A stretch of 60,502 nt of DNA from Pseudomonadota bacterium (lineage in GTDB: Bacteria > Bdellovibrionota_B > Oligoflexia > Oligoflexales > RGVZ01): contig JBEGVZ010000075.1 in assembly GCA_041178085.1 (NCBI GenBank), forward strand, positions 1 to 60,502. Direction: 5' to 3'. Below the pieces are notes generated by a model. It saw only the letters and a list, made by a program, of their open reading frames with translations, did not search any database and was not told the DNA's origin. A program made the position numbers and the translations under genes. Shown here piece after piece: positions 16,253-27,058 of this stretch. Each line of letters opens with the position of its first letter. Positions within the stretch are counted from its first letter, which is position 1.

Positions 16253-18784
16253 TTGTTTACACTTTCTAAACACACATCTGCGCTTGATTTGAATTCTGAA
16301 ATTGCTTTGCGTCGTGAGCGCCTTGACCTGGCGACTAAAGTTGGAGCCGGGCTTGGTGCCGTGGTGGTCTTTGGCGCGGCAACGATTGCGCTCATGCGGA
16401 CTTTTCCCGCCGGGATGGATCTGCTGCTGCGTGGGGATCAGGCTATTTTGAGTTGGCCTGTCCTCATCGCGCTTATCGGTCTTGGCCTGGGGGTGATTGT
16501 TTCCGCGCAGGTTAAGAGAGGTTATCGGCGCACGGGACAATGGCTGGGTTCCCCGGGAGTCGCGTTGCTGGGAATCTTTGTTATCCTCTCGATTTTGATG
16601 AATTTTCGCCCCGAGTCCATGATTCCCGCAATCCTTGGCGTTGCCATGGTGTTGTGCCAGATCAAATATGCCGCCGTGGCTGAATTTGGTTTGTTTCTGT
16701 CGGCGTTGGCATATTTCGGTGCGCTTGCGTCGCTGGCAAGTCTTGTCTTGGCCGGAGCGCTGCTGGAGCCGGGAACGGCCCTGGAGGTTTTCTCTATAGA
16801 AGGCGCAATTCTTTCCCTCCTGATTTCGATTGGCTTGATCATGGTCAACCTGGATCGCGGATCTGCGCGTTTTATCCTCTACGAAGGACCCGCCGGCGTC
16901 GCATCCAGGATTCTTGTACCCCTGGCCATGGCGATTCCATTCATATCAGTCATTTTTGGTCTGACGGGGATGCGAATTGGCTTATTTGGGCATTCAGGTG
17001 CGATTCTGGTCCTGACGATCGTGCCTTCGATGATTCTTGCAGTCACAGTCTGGTGGATTGGGGGGGTTATCCAGATTTCTCATTTGCGACAAAGAAAGTC
17101 GCAAGAAAGCGTTCGCCGGCAATACCATAACCTTGAAAAGCTGGTCGCCCAGAGGACCGAGGACCTCTCGGTCGTCAACCGCGACTTAAAGCACGCAATG
17201 GAGCTGGGCGCCAGTCGCGAGCAGTTTCTGCGTCGTGTTATGGACACGATGGAGCCATTCATTGGGGTGCTTGCTCCCGATGGGTCTGTCATCGAGGTCA
17301 ATCGCTCTGCCCTTGAGGTCTCCGGAGTCCGGCTGGACGATATCCAGGGTAAGAAGTTCCACGAGACTCCCTGGTGGATTTTTTCGGATCAAGCAAGTGG
17401 CGAGATGGGACGCCTTATCCAGGAAGTTGCCAGCGGAAAAACTGTAGTGAGAGAGTTGAAATACGCGACGACATCTGGCCAGCTCCGGGCAGTGGATTTT
17501 CGTATGGTCCCCCTTCTGGATGCGAAGGGCAGGGTGGAATTTCTTGTCCCGTCCGGCGTAGACATACAAACTCGCAAGGAATTCGAGGAACAGCTCATAA
17601 AATCCCGCATTGAGGCGGACATTGCCAACAAGGCCAAATCCGCCTTCCTTGCTCACATGAGCCACGAGTTGCGCTCCCCGCTTGGAATCATTCTGGGGTT
17701 CCTGGAATTGGCAAAGGATGAACCCGATTCAGCAGAGAAAGAGCGGCAATTACAGGTGATTGAGCGCAATGCGCGTCAGTTGCTCGCTTTGGTCGATGAG
17801 GTTCTGGACCTTGGCAAGATTGAATCGGGACGTGTGTCGATCGACTTGCAAGACGTCCGCCTTGACAAGATTCTGGAGGATGTCGCCTCTGCCCTGGAAG
17901 TGAAGGCACAGGAAAAGGGAGTCGATTTATCTTTCTCTATCGATCCCGGGGCCTCGCAGATTTTGCGGACGGATCCCCTGCGCCTGAAGCAAATCCTTCT
18001 GAACGTGATTGGTAACGCCGTGAAGTACACCGAATCCGGTCTGGTCACTTGCCGCGTGCGGTCTTTCATGAACGCGGATTCAAAGGCCGGAAAGATGGTT
18101 GAATTTGAGGTCGAGGATTCTGGTCTTGGCATTTCTCCCGAGGATATCGATCTGCTTTTTTTGCCTTTTTCGCGAGGGCATCAAGCCCAACAGAAAAAGA
18201 TTCCGGGAACCGGGCTGGGCCTGGTTCTGGCCCGGCGCCTGGCCAATCTTCTGGGGGGTGACGTGATTTTGAAGAAAAGTGTTCCGGGCAGGGGGTCGGT
18301 GTTTTCTGCGACGGTCGCCGAACACACCACCATGGAAACAGACTGGGTTCGTCCAACCGAATTGAACGGACGAAGATCTGATTTGCTGCGAAGCGGTGGC
18401 AAATTGTCCGGAATGAAGATTCTGGTCGTTGATGATGTGGTGGAAAACCGGATCTTGATTTCGCGTTTCCTGGAATCGGCTGGTGCTCTTGTGACAACGG
18501 CTTCGGGGGGCCAGGAAGCAGTGATTCTTGCCGCGGCCGATGGTTTTGACGTCGTGCTGATGGATCTTTCGATGCCGGGCATTTCAGGGCAGGCAGCCAC
18601 GGCAAAACTGCGCGAAATGGGCTACAAAACCCCAGTGATTGCCTTGACCGCCCACGCCATGCGCGAGGAAAAAGAACAGGCCCTTGCCCATGGCTTCAAT
18701 GATTACCTGACCAAGCCAGTCGTCCGCGAAGTATTGGTGGACACATTGGCCAGGTTTGCTCACCCGCCCAGGGTGTCGGCGTGA
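16253..18784 (+). CDS. Membrane-bound PAS hybrid histidine kinase (TM sensor-PAS-HisKA-HATPase-REC)
   Basis: Multiple TM segments; PAS; FLAHMSHELRSPL; NAVKYT; DSGLG; GTGLGL; REC with VDD..MDL..KP. Confidence 0.93.
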   Translation: MFTLSKHTSALDLNSEIALRRERLDLATKVGAGLGAVVVFGAATIALMRTFPAGMDLLLRGDQAILSWPVLIALIGLGLGVIVSAQVKRGYRRTGQWLGSPGVALLGIFVILSILMNFRPESMIPAILGVAMVLCQIKYAAVAEFGLFLSALAYFGALASLASLVLAGALLEPGTALEVFSIEGAILSLLISIGLIMVNLDRGSARFILYEGPAGVASRILVPLAMAIPFISVIFGLTGMRIGLFGHSGAILVLTIVPSMILAVTVWWIGGVIQISHLRQRKSQESVRRQYHNLEKLVAQRTEDLSVVNRDLKHAMELGASREQFLRRVMDTMEPFIGVLAPDGSVIEVNRSALEVSGVRLDDIQGKKFHETPWWIFSDQASGEMGRLIQEVASGKTVVRELKYATTSGQLRAVDFRMVPLLDAKGRVEFLVPSGVDIQTRKEFEEQLIKSRIEADIANKAKSAFLAHMSHELRSPLGIILGFLELAKDEPDSAEKERQLQVIERNARQLLALVDEVLDLGKIESGRVSIDLQDVRLDKILEDVASALEVKAQEKGVDLSFSIDPGASQILRTDPLRLKQILLNVIGNAVKYTESGLVTCRVRSFMNADSKAGKMVEFEVEDSGLGISPEDIDLLFLPFSRGHQAQQKKIPGTGLGLVLARRLANLLGGDVILKKSVPGRGSVFSATVAEHTTMETDWVRPTELNGRRSDLLRSGGKLSGMKILVVDDVVENRILISRFLESAGALVTTASGGQEAVILAAADGFDVVLMDLSMPGISGQAATAKLREMGYKTPVIALTAHAMREEKEQALAHGFNDYLTKPVVREVLVDTLARFAHPPRVSA

Positions 18785-19605
18785 TGGCGCAAGTGTTCTT
18801 CGATAAAGGTCGCAACGAAGTAATACCCGTGATCGTATCCCTCTTGCATGCGGACTGTCACAGGCCAATTGTATTTTTCAGCGGTTGCTGCAAGCAGATC
18901 CGGACGGAGCTGGGTTAACCACTGGTCGGCAGTCCCCTGGTCGACCAGGATGGGAACTTTGGCGGCACCAGCCATTGCCTTGGACTCCAGAAGTGCGCAG
19001 GAATCCCATTCTGGCCACGAAGCTGTGTTTTCACCAAGGTAGGCCCGGAATGCCTTTTGCCCCCAAGGCACCTGGGAAGGTGCGCAAATCGGCGCAAAAG
19101 CACTGCATGATTTGAAACGGTCCGGGTTTCGCAGCGCGGTCACGATGGCCCCATGCCCGCCCATGCTGTGACCCATGATGCCTATTCGCGCGGGATCGAT
19201 GTTGAACTCGCGACAGGCGATTTCCGGCAGTTCTCTGCTGACGAAGCTAGCCATCTGGTAGTGCCGTGCCCACGGCTGATTCGACGCATCGACGTAAAAT
19301 CCGGCGCCCAGTCCCAGATCCCAGCTCGCGTCGTCGCCAGGCACGCGCGCCTCGCGCGGGCTCGTGTCAGGTACGATCAGCGCGAGGCCAAGGTCAGCGG
19401 CAAGGCGCTGCGCCCCTGCCTTGACCATGAAGTTTTCGTCGGTGCACGTCAGACCCGACAGAAACATCACTGCAGGGATTTTTTTTCCCTTGGATCCTGG
19501 CAGAAAGGTTGAAAACCGCATGGGCGTCCGGCAGAACTGCGAATCAAGCTGCCAGAAGGCGACTTCGCCGCCAAAGCACATGGAAGACGAGATTTTTTTC
19601 AGCAC
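18760..19605 (-). CDS. fghA: S-formylglutathione hydrolase
   Basis: LSGLTCT.ENF..KAG, PDTSPR, GAGFYVDA, GHSMGGHGA, GYDHGYYF. Confidence 0.95.
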   Translation of the reverse strand: MLKKISSSMCFGGEVAFWQLDSQFCRTPMRFSTFLPGSKGKKIPAVMFLSGLTCTDENFMVKAGAQRLAADLGLALIVPDTSPREARVPGDDASWDLGLGAGFYVDASNQPWARHYQMASFVSRELPEIACREFNIDPARIGIMGHSMGGHGAIVTALRNPDRFKSCSAFAPICAPSQVPWGQKAFRAYLGENTASWPEWDSCALLESKAMAGAAKVPILVDQGTADQWLTQLRPDLLAATAEKYNWPVTVRMQEGYDHGYYFVATFIEEHLRHHADTLGG

Positions 19606-19614
19606 AGCGATTTC

Positions 19615-20763
<1,149 letters not shown>

Positions 20764-21927
20764 TTATTGGACGCGGGAAGTCCGGTAAAGGCGCTTCTCG
20801 CTTGCTGAAAGCTCTTGCCACACCCTCCGTGCGATACGTCCTGCTGCTTTCCCATCGCCAAACGGATTGCCGGCTTGAGCCATTCGCTGGTAACCGTCTG
20901 ACTTTTCATCGGCCAGGACATGCATCACGGTCTGGATCTTTTCCGGGTCAGTACCCGTCAGTACGGCGATCCCGCCTTCGATCGCCTCTGGTCTTTCGGT
21001 GCGGTCGCGCACCAAGATTACAGGTTTTCCCATGGCGGCGGCTTCCTCCTGCAGGCTGCCCCCGTCGGTCACGACAAACTGACAATGGCGGATCAGAAAG
21101 ACCATTTCGGCGAAGGTGATTGGATGGATTACCCGGACGTTCTCCAGGCCGGCAAGGGTCTCCCGGGCGGCGCGCCAAAGGGATGGATGATGTTCCATGG
21201 GCCAAACGATACTGACTTGCGGGTTTTCAAAGGCAAACTGGGCAATGGAGTGGCATATTTGCTGGATGGCGTGCGGGTCTTGATGGTGGGCGTGGATGTT
21301 GACCAGGACTAGCTTGCGGCCACTGAAATGCTCACGCAACCCCGGAAATTCATCCCGCCGCGCGGCAATGGTACAGACGGCGTCCACCGCGGTATTTCCA
21401 GTAACTTCGATGGATTCAGCAGGGATCTGCTCTGCGATCAGGTTTTGTCGCGCCCATGCAGTCGGCGCAAAGTGCAAGGTTGCGCTCAAAGAGATCGTCC
21501 GGCGATTGAATTCTTCGGGCCACGGTGAAGCCAGGTCGCTTGTCCTGAGGCCCGCCTCGATGTGACCCAGGGGAATGTGCATGAAAAAAGTCGCCAGGGC
21601 TGCCGCCAACGAGGCCGACGAATCACCCTGGACCAGGACCATGTCCGGGCGGGCATCCTGGAGTACCTCGCGGAGTCCGGCCAGGGAGGCGGTGGTCAGG
21701 TCAACGAGGGACCGGTGGTCGCTTGTGATTTCCAGTTCGTAGTCGCTGTCCAGTCCGAACAGACCCAGGGTCTGGTCCATGACGCCCAGCGGCCCACCGG
21801 CCACACAGACGACGGAAGCCAGTGCCGGGATCGCCTGGAGCTCGTGGATCACGGGTGCCATCTTGATGGCTTCGGCCCGGTTCCCCAGTATGGAAAGGAC
21901 TGTCTTGGGTTGTCTGGCGCGCTCCAT
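20764..21927 (-). CDS. Non-hydrolysing UDP-GlcNAc 2-epimerase (WecB-like), divergent motifs
   Basis: EAIKMAP, VQGD, HIEAGLR, PWPEEFNR, HFAPT, TGNT.VDA, QEEA, TERPEA, NPFGDGKA. Confidence 0.87.
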   Translation of the reverse strand: MERARQPKTVLSILGNRAEAIKMAPVIHELQAIPALASVVCVAGGPLGVMDQTLGLFGLDSDYELEITSDHRSLVDLTTASLAGLREVLQDARPDMVLVQGDSSASLAAALATFFMHIPLGHIEAGLRTSDLASPWPEEFNRRTISLSATLHFAPTAWARQNLIAEQIPAESIEVTGNTAVDAVCTIAARRDEFPGLREHFSGRKLVLVNIHAHHQDPHAIQQICHSIAQFAFENPQVSIVWPMEHHPSLWRAARETLAGLENVRVIHPITFAEMVFLIRHCQFVVTDGGSLQEEAAAMGKPVILVRDRTERPEAIEGGIAVLTGTDPEKIQTVMHVLADEKSDGYQRMAQAGNPFGDGKAAGRIARRVWQELSASEKRLYRTSRVQ

Positions 21928-21982
21928 GCGGTTGGCTCCTCGTGTGGGATTGTGTTAAGGGTTGGGTCCCCGGCCGGGTAAA

Positions 21983-21999
21983 AGCACAACCTGTGCCAG
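21983..21999 (-). promoter_or_regulatory. sigma54 promoter of the wecB-like/frmA/fghA unit
   Basis: Minus strand CTGGCAC-AGGTT-GTGCT with GG-N10-GC spacing; SD GAGGAG downstream. Confidence 0.7.
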
Positions 22000-22052
22000 C
22001 CTCGGGTGTGGGGAGTGGTCGGAATTAGTGGTGCTCCAGGGGAGGCGTTTCA

Positions 22053-23375
22053 ATGTCCCGGAAGATGATGGTCGACGGCAAACCATTCGACATGGATTCC
22101 CTGTTCGAAGACGAAGTCGAAGAGACAAAGGGCACAAATGCCCCCGGTCAGGAAGCTGCCGTCTCTGAGGAATGGTGGAAGTCCATCAAGCCAGCATCGG
22201 AATCTGTCCGCAGCGTTCGTCCGGGCGAGGCGATTGATGTGACCGTAGCCTCGATTGGTACTGAGAACATCCTTTTTACCGGCGACGGCCTTGAAGGCGT
22301 TATTTCGCGGGACGATTTTTCCGCGGATGAGCTGGCTGCCCTGAAGTCCGGATCGCCGCTGCGCGTTCACGTCGTGACCGCTGCCCGCAAGGGTGAGCGT
22401 TTGTCGATCGAAGCGTCGCGCGAGGCGCGGGTGGCCGCCACGGGCGGTGGCAGCCTTGATGGCCTGCGCGAAGCCCAGGCTGGCGGAGTCCCCGTGTCCG
22501 GTAAGGTAACCGGCGAGAACAAAGGTGGTTTTGAAGTTGCCCTGCAGGGTGCGAAGGGTTTTGTACCGTTCTCCCAGATGGAGCTTGGCACCCGTTTGGC
22601 TTCCGACCAATACATCGGCCAGACCTTCCAGTTCCTGGTAACCCGGGTCGAAGGGCGCAACGTCGTCCTGTCGCGCACGGCACTGCAACGTGAAGAACAG
22701 CAGGCCAATCAAGAAAAGCTTCTCACGAGCATCGAGCCCGGCAAGGTCATGAATGCGACTGTGCGCAAAATCGAGTCGTTTGGCCTGTTTGTGGAGCTGG
22801 GCGCAGGTCTGTCTGCGCTGGTACCCCAAAGTGAGGCTTCGTGGTCCCGCGGCCAGTCGCTGCAATCGCGTTTCTCACCAGGCGAACAAGTTACCGTGAA
22901 AATTCTGAAGGTCGAATCTTTTCAGGGACGTCCGCGTATTTCTGCCAGCATCAAGCAGGCGGATGCAGACCCCTGGGACCAGCTGCCTGATCACGTCAGT
23001 CCTGGCAAGCAAGTGCGGGGTGTCGTCACGCGGATTGCCGAATTCGGCGCTTTTGTTGAGCTATTGCCCGGCGTCGAGGGGCTGATGCACATTTCAGAAA
23101 TGTCTGCCAAGCGTCGTATCCACCGTCCTGGGGAAGTTGTTCAGGCCGGGCAGGAAGTCGATGTGCGCATTCTGGCGGTTGATCGCATCAAGAAACGCAT
23201 CAGCGTCTCGATGAAGGAAGAGGGGGAAGTTTCATCCTCTGCGCGCAGCCCAGGTAAAGCTGCAGGTGCGCCAGTTGGGGCTGAAGATGTCCCGAGCACG
23301 ATCTCCATTCCGGCAAAAACTGGCTCCAGCTCCGGGGCTCTTGCGGCCGCTTTCATCAAAGCCGGAAAAAAATAA
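22053..23375 (+). CDS. S1 RNA-binding domain protein (ribosomal S1 paralogue, about 4 S1 domains)
   Basis: NKGGFEV..GFVPFSQM, FGLFVEL, FGAFVEL.PGVEGLMHISEM; SD GGGGAGG. Confidence 0.87.
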   Translation: MSRKMMVDGKPFDMDSLFEDEVEETKGTNAPGQEAAVSEEWWKSIKPASESVRSVRPGEAIDVTVASIGTENILFTGDGLEGVISRDDFSADELAALKSGSPLRVHVVTAARKGERLSIEASREARVAATGGGSLDGLREAQAGGVPVSGKVTGENKGGFEVALQGAKGFVPFSQMELGTRLASDQYIGQTFQFLVTRVEGRNVVLSRTALQREEQQANQEKLLTSIEPGKVMNATVRKIESFGLFVELGAGLSALVPQSEASWSRGQSLQSRFSPGEQVTVKILKVESFQGRPRISASIKQADADPWDQLPDHVSPGKQVRGVVTRIAEFGAFVELLPGVEGLMHISEMSAKRRIHRPGEVVQAGQEVDVRILAVDRIKKRISVSMKEEGEVSSSARSPGKAAGAPVGAEDVPSTISIPAKTGSSSGALAAAFIKAGKK

Positions 23376-23384
23376 AGCCGACAC

Positions 23385-23400
23385 CGGCACAAGTTTTGCT
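23385..23400 (+). promoter_or_regulatory. sigma54 promoter of the KGG gene
   Basis: CGGCAC-AAGTT-TTGCT with GG-N10-GC spacing. Confidence 0.72.
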
Positions 23401-23465
23401 CCCTGTGTTTGCAAAGGCGCATCAGGCGTCGTGGCAAACATCTGCAGGACAGAGAGGAGCTCAAC

Positions 23466-23786
23466 TTGGAAAAGGAAGTCGACAAGGCTAAGGCCAAAAG
23501 CATGCGCGGGTTTGCATCAATGGATCCGTCAGTCCAGCGCGCAATTGCCCGCAAGGGCGGACGGGCTGCACACCAGAAAGGCACAGCCCACAAATTTACT
23601 TCAGAGGAAGCTCGCCGTGCCGGGCGTAAGGGCGGTGAGATTGTCAGCCGCGATACGGCTCACATGGCCATGATCGGCCGCAAGGGCGGCGAGGCCCGTC
23701 GCGGTCTGGCTGCTCGCCGTAAGGCGGAGGCGCGTAAAAAAGATCAAGAATCAGAGAACCCTGAGCAGATTTCCAAGTCCGCGTAA
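23466..23786 (+). CDS. KGG-repeat general stress protein (YciG/GsiB-like)
   Basis: RGFASMD...IARKGG, FTSEEARRAGRKGG, HMAMIGRKGG; TTG start at 23466 after SD GAGGAG. Confidence 0.9.
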   Translation: MEKEVDKAKAKSMRGFASMDPSVQRAIARKGGRAAHQKGTAHKFTSEEARRAGRKGGEIVSRDTAHMAMIGRKGGEARRGLAARRKAEARKKDQESENPEQISKSA

Positions 23787-23832
23787 TGGGATTGAATCTG
23801 GGTAGCTTGCATCGGCCTTGACTAGCGCAACC

Positions 23833-23876
23833 GGCGGATTTCATCGACCAGGACAACCTGGTCGATGGACTTCGCC
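23833..23876. other. Strong intergenic hairpin without U-tract
   Basis: Perfect 11-bp core CATCGACCAGG-acaa-CCTGGTCGATG (23842-23867), extendable with GGCGGA/TTCGCC. Confidence 0.6.
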
Positions 23877-23991
23877 AGGCAACCGCAATTCTCTAAAACT
23901 GCTCTTCATCCCTGCGCCTGACTTGTGATGCCACTTCATCCCCCGTCCGCCTCTGGCCCATGTGCTTTCTCCTTATAGTAGCTTTTCGTGA

Positions 23992-24007
23992 TGGCACAGC
24001 GGTTGCT
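23992..24007 (+). promoter_or_regulatory. sigma54 promoter of the CBS gene
   Basis: TGGCAC-AGCGG-TTGCT, full consensus; SD AGGAGG downstream. Confidence 0.82.
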
Positions 24008-24057
24008 GGAGCATCTTCGGTTGCACGATCACATCAGCCCCTTCAGGAGGAATCCGC

Positions 24058-24507
24058 ATGCTAAGAGCCAGCCAGGCGATGAGGAAAGACGTCGTATTTG
24101 TGCGCCCCACGAGTTCGATTGCAGAGGCAAGGCGCCTGATGCGGGAATTCAATATCCGGCATGTGCCCGTGATTCATCGGGGTTGTCTTGCGGGAATCGT
24201 TTCAGATGGGGATATTTTGTTGGCATCTTCCTTGCGGAGCGGGCGAATTGATGTGCCTGACGATCCAGTTGAATCGATCATGTCACGCAACGTGGTGTCT
24301 TGTTTTCCCACCAGTCTGATACAGGATGTTGCATCCACAATGATACGACTGCAGATATCCTGTGTGCCCGTGGCAGTGGAAGGCAGGGTGATCGGTATCG
24401 TGACCAGCACGGATATCTTGCGTCTGGTGGCGTCCCAGGCAACGCTTGCTACCGGGATCGGCAACGGGTCGGGTATCGACTTACAGATGGTCCGTCCCGC
24501 CAGTTGA
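24058..24507 (+). CDS. CBS-pair domain protein
   Basis: IRHVPV...GIVSDGDI and VESIM..V...VPV...GIVTSTDIL. Confidence 0.9.
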   Translation: MLRASQAMRKDVVFVRPTSSIAEARRLMREFNIRHVPVIHRGCLAGIVSDGDILLASSLRSGRIDVPDDPVESIMSRNVVSCFPTSLIQDVASTMIRLQISCVPVAVEGRVIGIVTSTDILRLVASQATLATGIGNGSGIDLQMVRPAS

Positions 24508-24716
24508 TTGGATCAGGCTCATCAACCCAACGCGAAGCACGCGGCCTGCGAACGGGCCGCCTCTGCAGTTCTTGGACTCTTTACACATTGGGAAGGGGTT
24601 TCAGTCTGTCCCGGACTGGCTTGATCGTTTGTGGCAGGAAACTGCTGGGGCAGCATCATCTTCATGGTCTGATTAAGGCAGGTAACCATGATGACATATC
24701 GCGTCGCACGAATATG

Positions 24717-26381
24717 TCATGAGCATGAAGTGTGCCAGCAGCGTTGGATTTCGCTCACTAAAGTGAGTCGGTCCACTGGTTTGCTGATGTAGCTGTCGAA
24801 ACCCATCTGCAAATATAGTTCACGGTGTTCTTGCATGGCATGGGCAGTCAGTGCGACGACTTTCACGGGCAGTCCACGTTTGCGAATCTCACCAAGGGCC
24901 GAGAGGCCATCCATGACGGGCATTTCAATGTCCATCAAAACCAAGGGCATTGGGGTCGCCGGTTGTGATTCCTGGATGCCCTCGAGCAGCTCAAGTGCCT
25001 GCTGGCCGTCCTTCGCAACAAAGACATCTGCCCCCCTCAGTTGCAGGATCCGCGTCATCAGCAGGCGATTGTCTTCCGAGTCGTCCACCACCATGATCCG
25101 GTGATCTACGAGGTTTTTTTCCTGGCCTGCCAGGACTCGCTTTTTTCGGTCGCGGCTGTGAAGTGCGTCATCCCTGGTCTGGCTTGCGGATACGTTTCCT
25201 TGGTGACGGAGTGGCAATGACAAAAGGAAAGTCGAACCCGAATCTTCAGTTGTCTCTTCCAAATCGAGTGTTCCACCAAGAAGGCCAGCTAGTTTCCGGG
25301 AAAGATTTAGTCCAAGGCCAGTTCCCCCGGCACCGAGGAGCCTGCCGTGGTGAAGCTGCTCGAAAGGTTGGAACAGGCGGTGTAGCTGTGACTTGTCGAT
25401 GCCAATTCCCGTATCTTTGACGCGGATTTCCAGCATGTCACCGGCTGGCGACTTCCGGATGCAGATACGAATTTCACCCTGCGTCGTGAATTTGATTGCA
25501 TTGGTGATCAGGTTATCCATGATTTGACGAATGCGCGTGCTGTCAGTGGTTATAAACCGAGGTGGGGTTTCCTCGGGTCTGCCAGTACCCAGCTCGGTTA
25601 CCAGGGAAATGCCCTTTTTCTTTGCCTTTATGGTGAATGTTTCCGTGAGTTGCCTGGTGATGTCATTCAGATCCACCAGTTGTTTCTCCACGCTGACTGA
25701 ACCAGCCTCAATCTTTGATAAATCAAGCAGTTCATCAATCAGGTTGAGCATTTGCCGGGCGTTATTGTCGACGATCTGTGAGTAGCGTCTGCGCTCTTTG
25801 TCCGACACAACCTGGTCTTCGAGCAAGCTGGCTGAGGAAATGATTGCGCCAAGGGGGGTGCGTAGCTCATGGGACATGTTCGCCAGAAAGCGGGTCTTTG
25901 AGGCAGATGCGGACTCTGCCTCACGGCAAGCCTTCTCGAGGCCCTTACGGGTTGCGACCAGAAGCGAGATATCGGAAGTGACGCCCACGATATGCGCGAT
26001 TCCCCCGCGCCGCCAGATGATGGTGCAGCGATCCAGCACGTCCTTGTAAACGCCATCGTCAGCGCGAACCCGATAAGAACAATGAATGTTCTTCTGGCCT
26101 GGCTTGATCGAACGAATCGCCTGCTGCACCAGCGGCCGGTCTTCCGGGTGGATTCTTGCCAGCCACCATTCGGGACTGTGGAATTTCAACTTGCGGTTGA
26201 TCCCGATACAGCGATGGTCACCGGCAATGACATAGACTTGGTTGGCCTTGAGGTCCCACCAGAACGCAACCGTCTCGGAGGCGGACGCAATTTCCTCCAC
26301 GATCCCCCAGACCGTACATTTGCGGATGATCCAGGTCATTCGCAGGCGCAATTTGCTGAAAAATTTTTTGATGCCAGGCAT
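24717..26381 (-). CDS. Soluble PAS hybrid histidine kinase (PAS-HisKA-HATPase-REC)
   Basis: IHPEDR PAS; FLANMSHELRTPL; NAIKFT; DTGIGI; GTGLGL; REC VDD..MDI..KP. Start chosen at ATG 26381. Confidence 0.92.
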   Translation of the reverse strand: MPGIKKFFSKLRLRMTWIIRKCTVWGIVEEIASASETVAFWWDLKANQVYVIAGDHRCIGINRKLKFHSPEWWLARIHPEDRPLVQQAIRSIKPGQKNIHCSYRVRADDGVYKDVLDRCTIIWRRGGIAHIVGVTSDISLLVATRKGLEKACREAESASASKTRFLANMSHELRTPLGAIISSASLLEDQVVSDKERRRYSQIVDNNARQMLNLIDELLDLSKIEAGSVSVEKQLVDLNDITRQLTETFTIKAKKKGISLVTELGTGRPEETPPRFITTDSTRIRQIMDNLITNAIKFTTQGEIRICIRKSPAGDMLEIRVKDTGIGIDKSQLHRLFQPFEQLHHGRLLGAGGTGLGLNLSRKLAGLLGGTLDLEETTEDSGSTFLLSLPLRHQGNVSASQTRDDALHSRDRKKRVLAGQEKNLVDHRIMVVDDSEDNRLLMTRILQLRGADVFVAKDGQQALELLEGIQESQPATPMPLVLMDIEMPVMDGLSALGEIRKRGLPVKVVALTAHAMQEHRELYLQMGFDSYISKPVDRLTLVSEIQRCWHTSCS

Positions 26382-26600
26382 GTGTGTATCCCGAAGGGGC
26401 AAAGGGCCAGCGACATATGTCACAGGGCGGTCTGAGGTGCAATTGGCCGGAAACAACTATTTTTAGCGGTTTTTTAGGCCTCCCATGGTGGTTTGTCACC
26501 ATTTCCGTGGTTTTGCGAATGTTCGCTTGTGCGATCCGGTCTGTTGTGGGAGTAGCTGCGTCCTCGTGCTGGCTGGGATTGGTGTCGATGTTTCATCAAT

Positions 26601-26617
26601 CTGGCACCAGGTTTGCT
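26601..26617 (+). promoter_or_regulatory. sigma54 promoter of the Hpt-bEBP operon
   Basis: CTGGCAC-CAGGT-TTGCT, full consensus, ~33 nt before the ATG. Confidence 0.82.
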
Positions 26618-26650
26618 TCCAATCACAGCATTTGGTCAGGGAGAATCAAG

Positions 26651-27049
26651 ATGAAGGCTTTGGAGGCGACCAGAACCGTGACTGACGGCGGGCATGTAGA
26701 GCCCCTCTGGTCGACTTACATGGACGACCCGGTGGTGCGTCCCCTTTTGCCTGCTTTTGCCAAGGCGCTCGATGAACGGGTCAAAAGGATGGGTTTGATG
26801 CTTTCCGCCGGTGATTTCGTCGAACTCGCCCGGCTTGCTCACATGGTTCGGGGGGCTGCTGGCAGTTATGGCTACAGCCAGATTGCCGACTTGGCCGGTG
26901 CGGTTGAGACCGGTGCACGGGCGGGGACCCAGGCGTCAACCATTACGCCCCTGGTGTCGGAGCTTGCAGCCATGGGTGCCGGCGTGAGTGCAGCCGTTGC
27001 TTCGATCGATCCAAATTTTGCTGAATGGAACTCTCTTAACCTGGAATAG
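26651..27049 (+). CDS. Hpt phosphotransfer protein
   Basis: LAHMVRGAAGSYGY..I..LA..VE; SD AGGGAG before ATG 26651. Confidence 0.88.
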   Translation: MKALEATRTVTDGGHVEPLWSTYMDDPVVRPLLPAFAKALDERVKRMGLMLSAGDFVELARLAHMVRGAAGSYGYSQIADLAGAVETGARAGTQASTITPLVSELAAMGAGVSAAVASIDPNFAEWNSLNLE

Positions 27050-27058
27050 GGGGCAGTT

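Noticed and set aside
22020..22035. GG-N10-GC match upstream of the S1 gene
   Set aside because: Poor -24 context, and the predicted start site would fall downstream of the SD.
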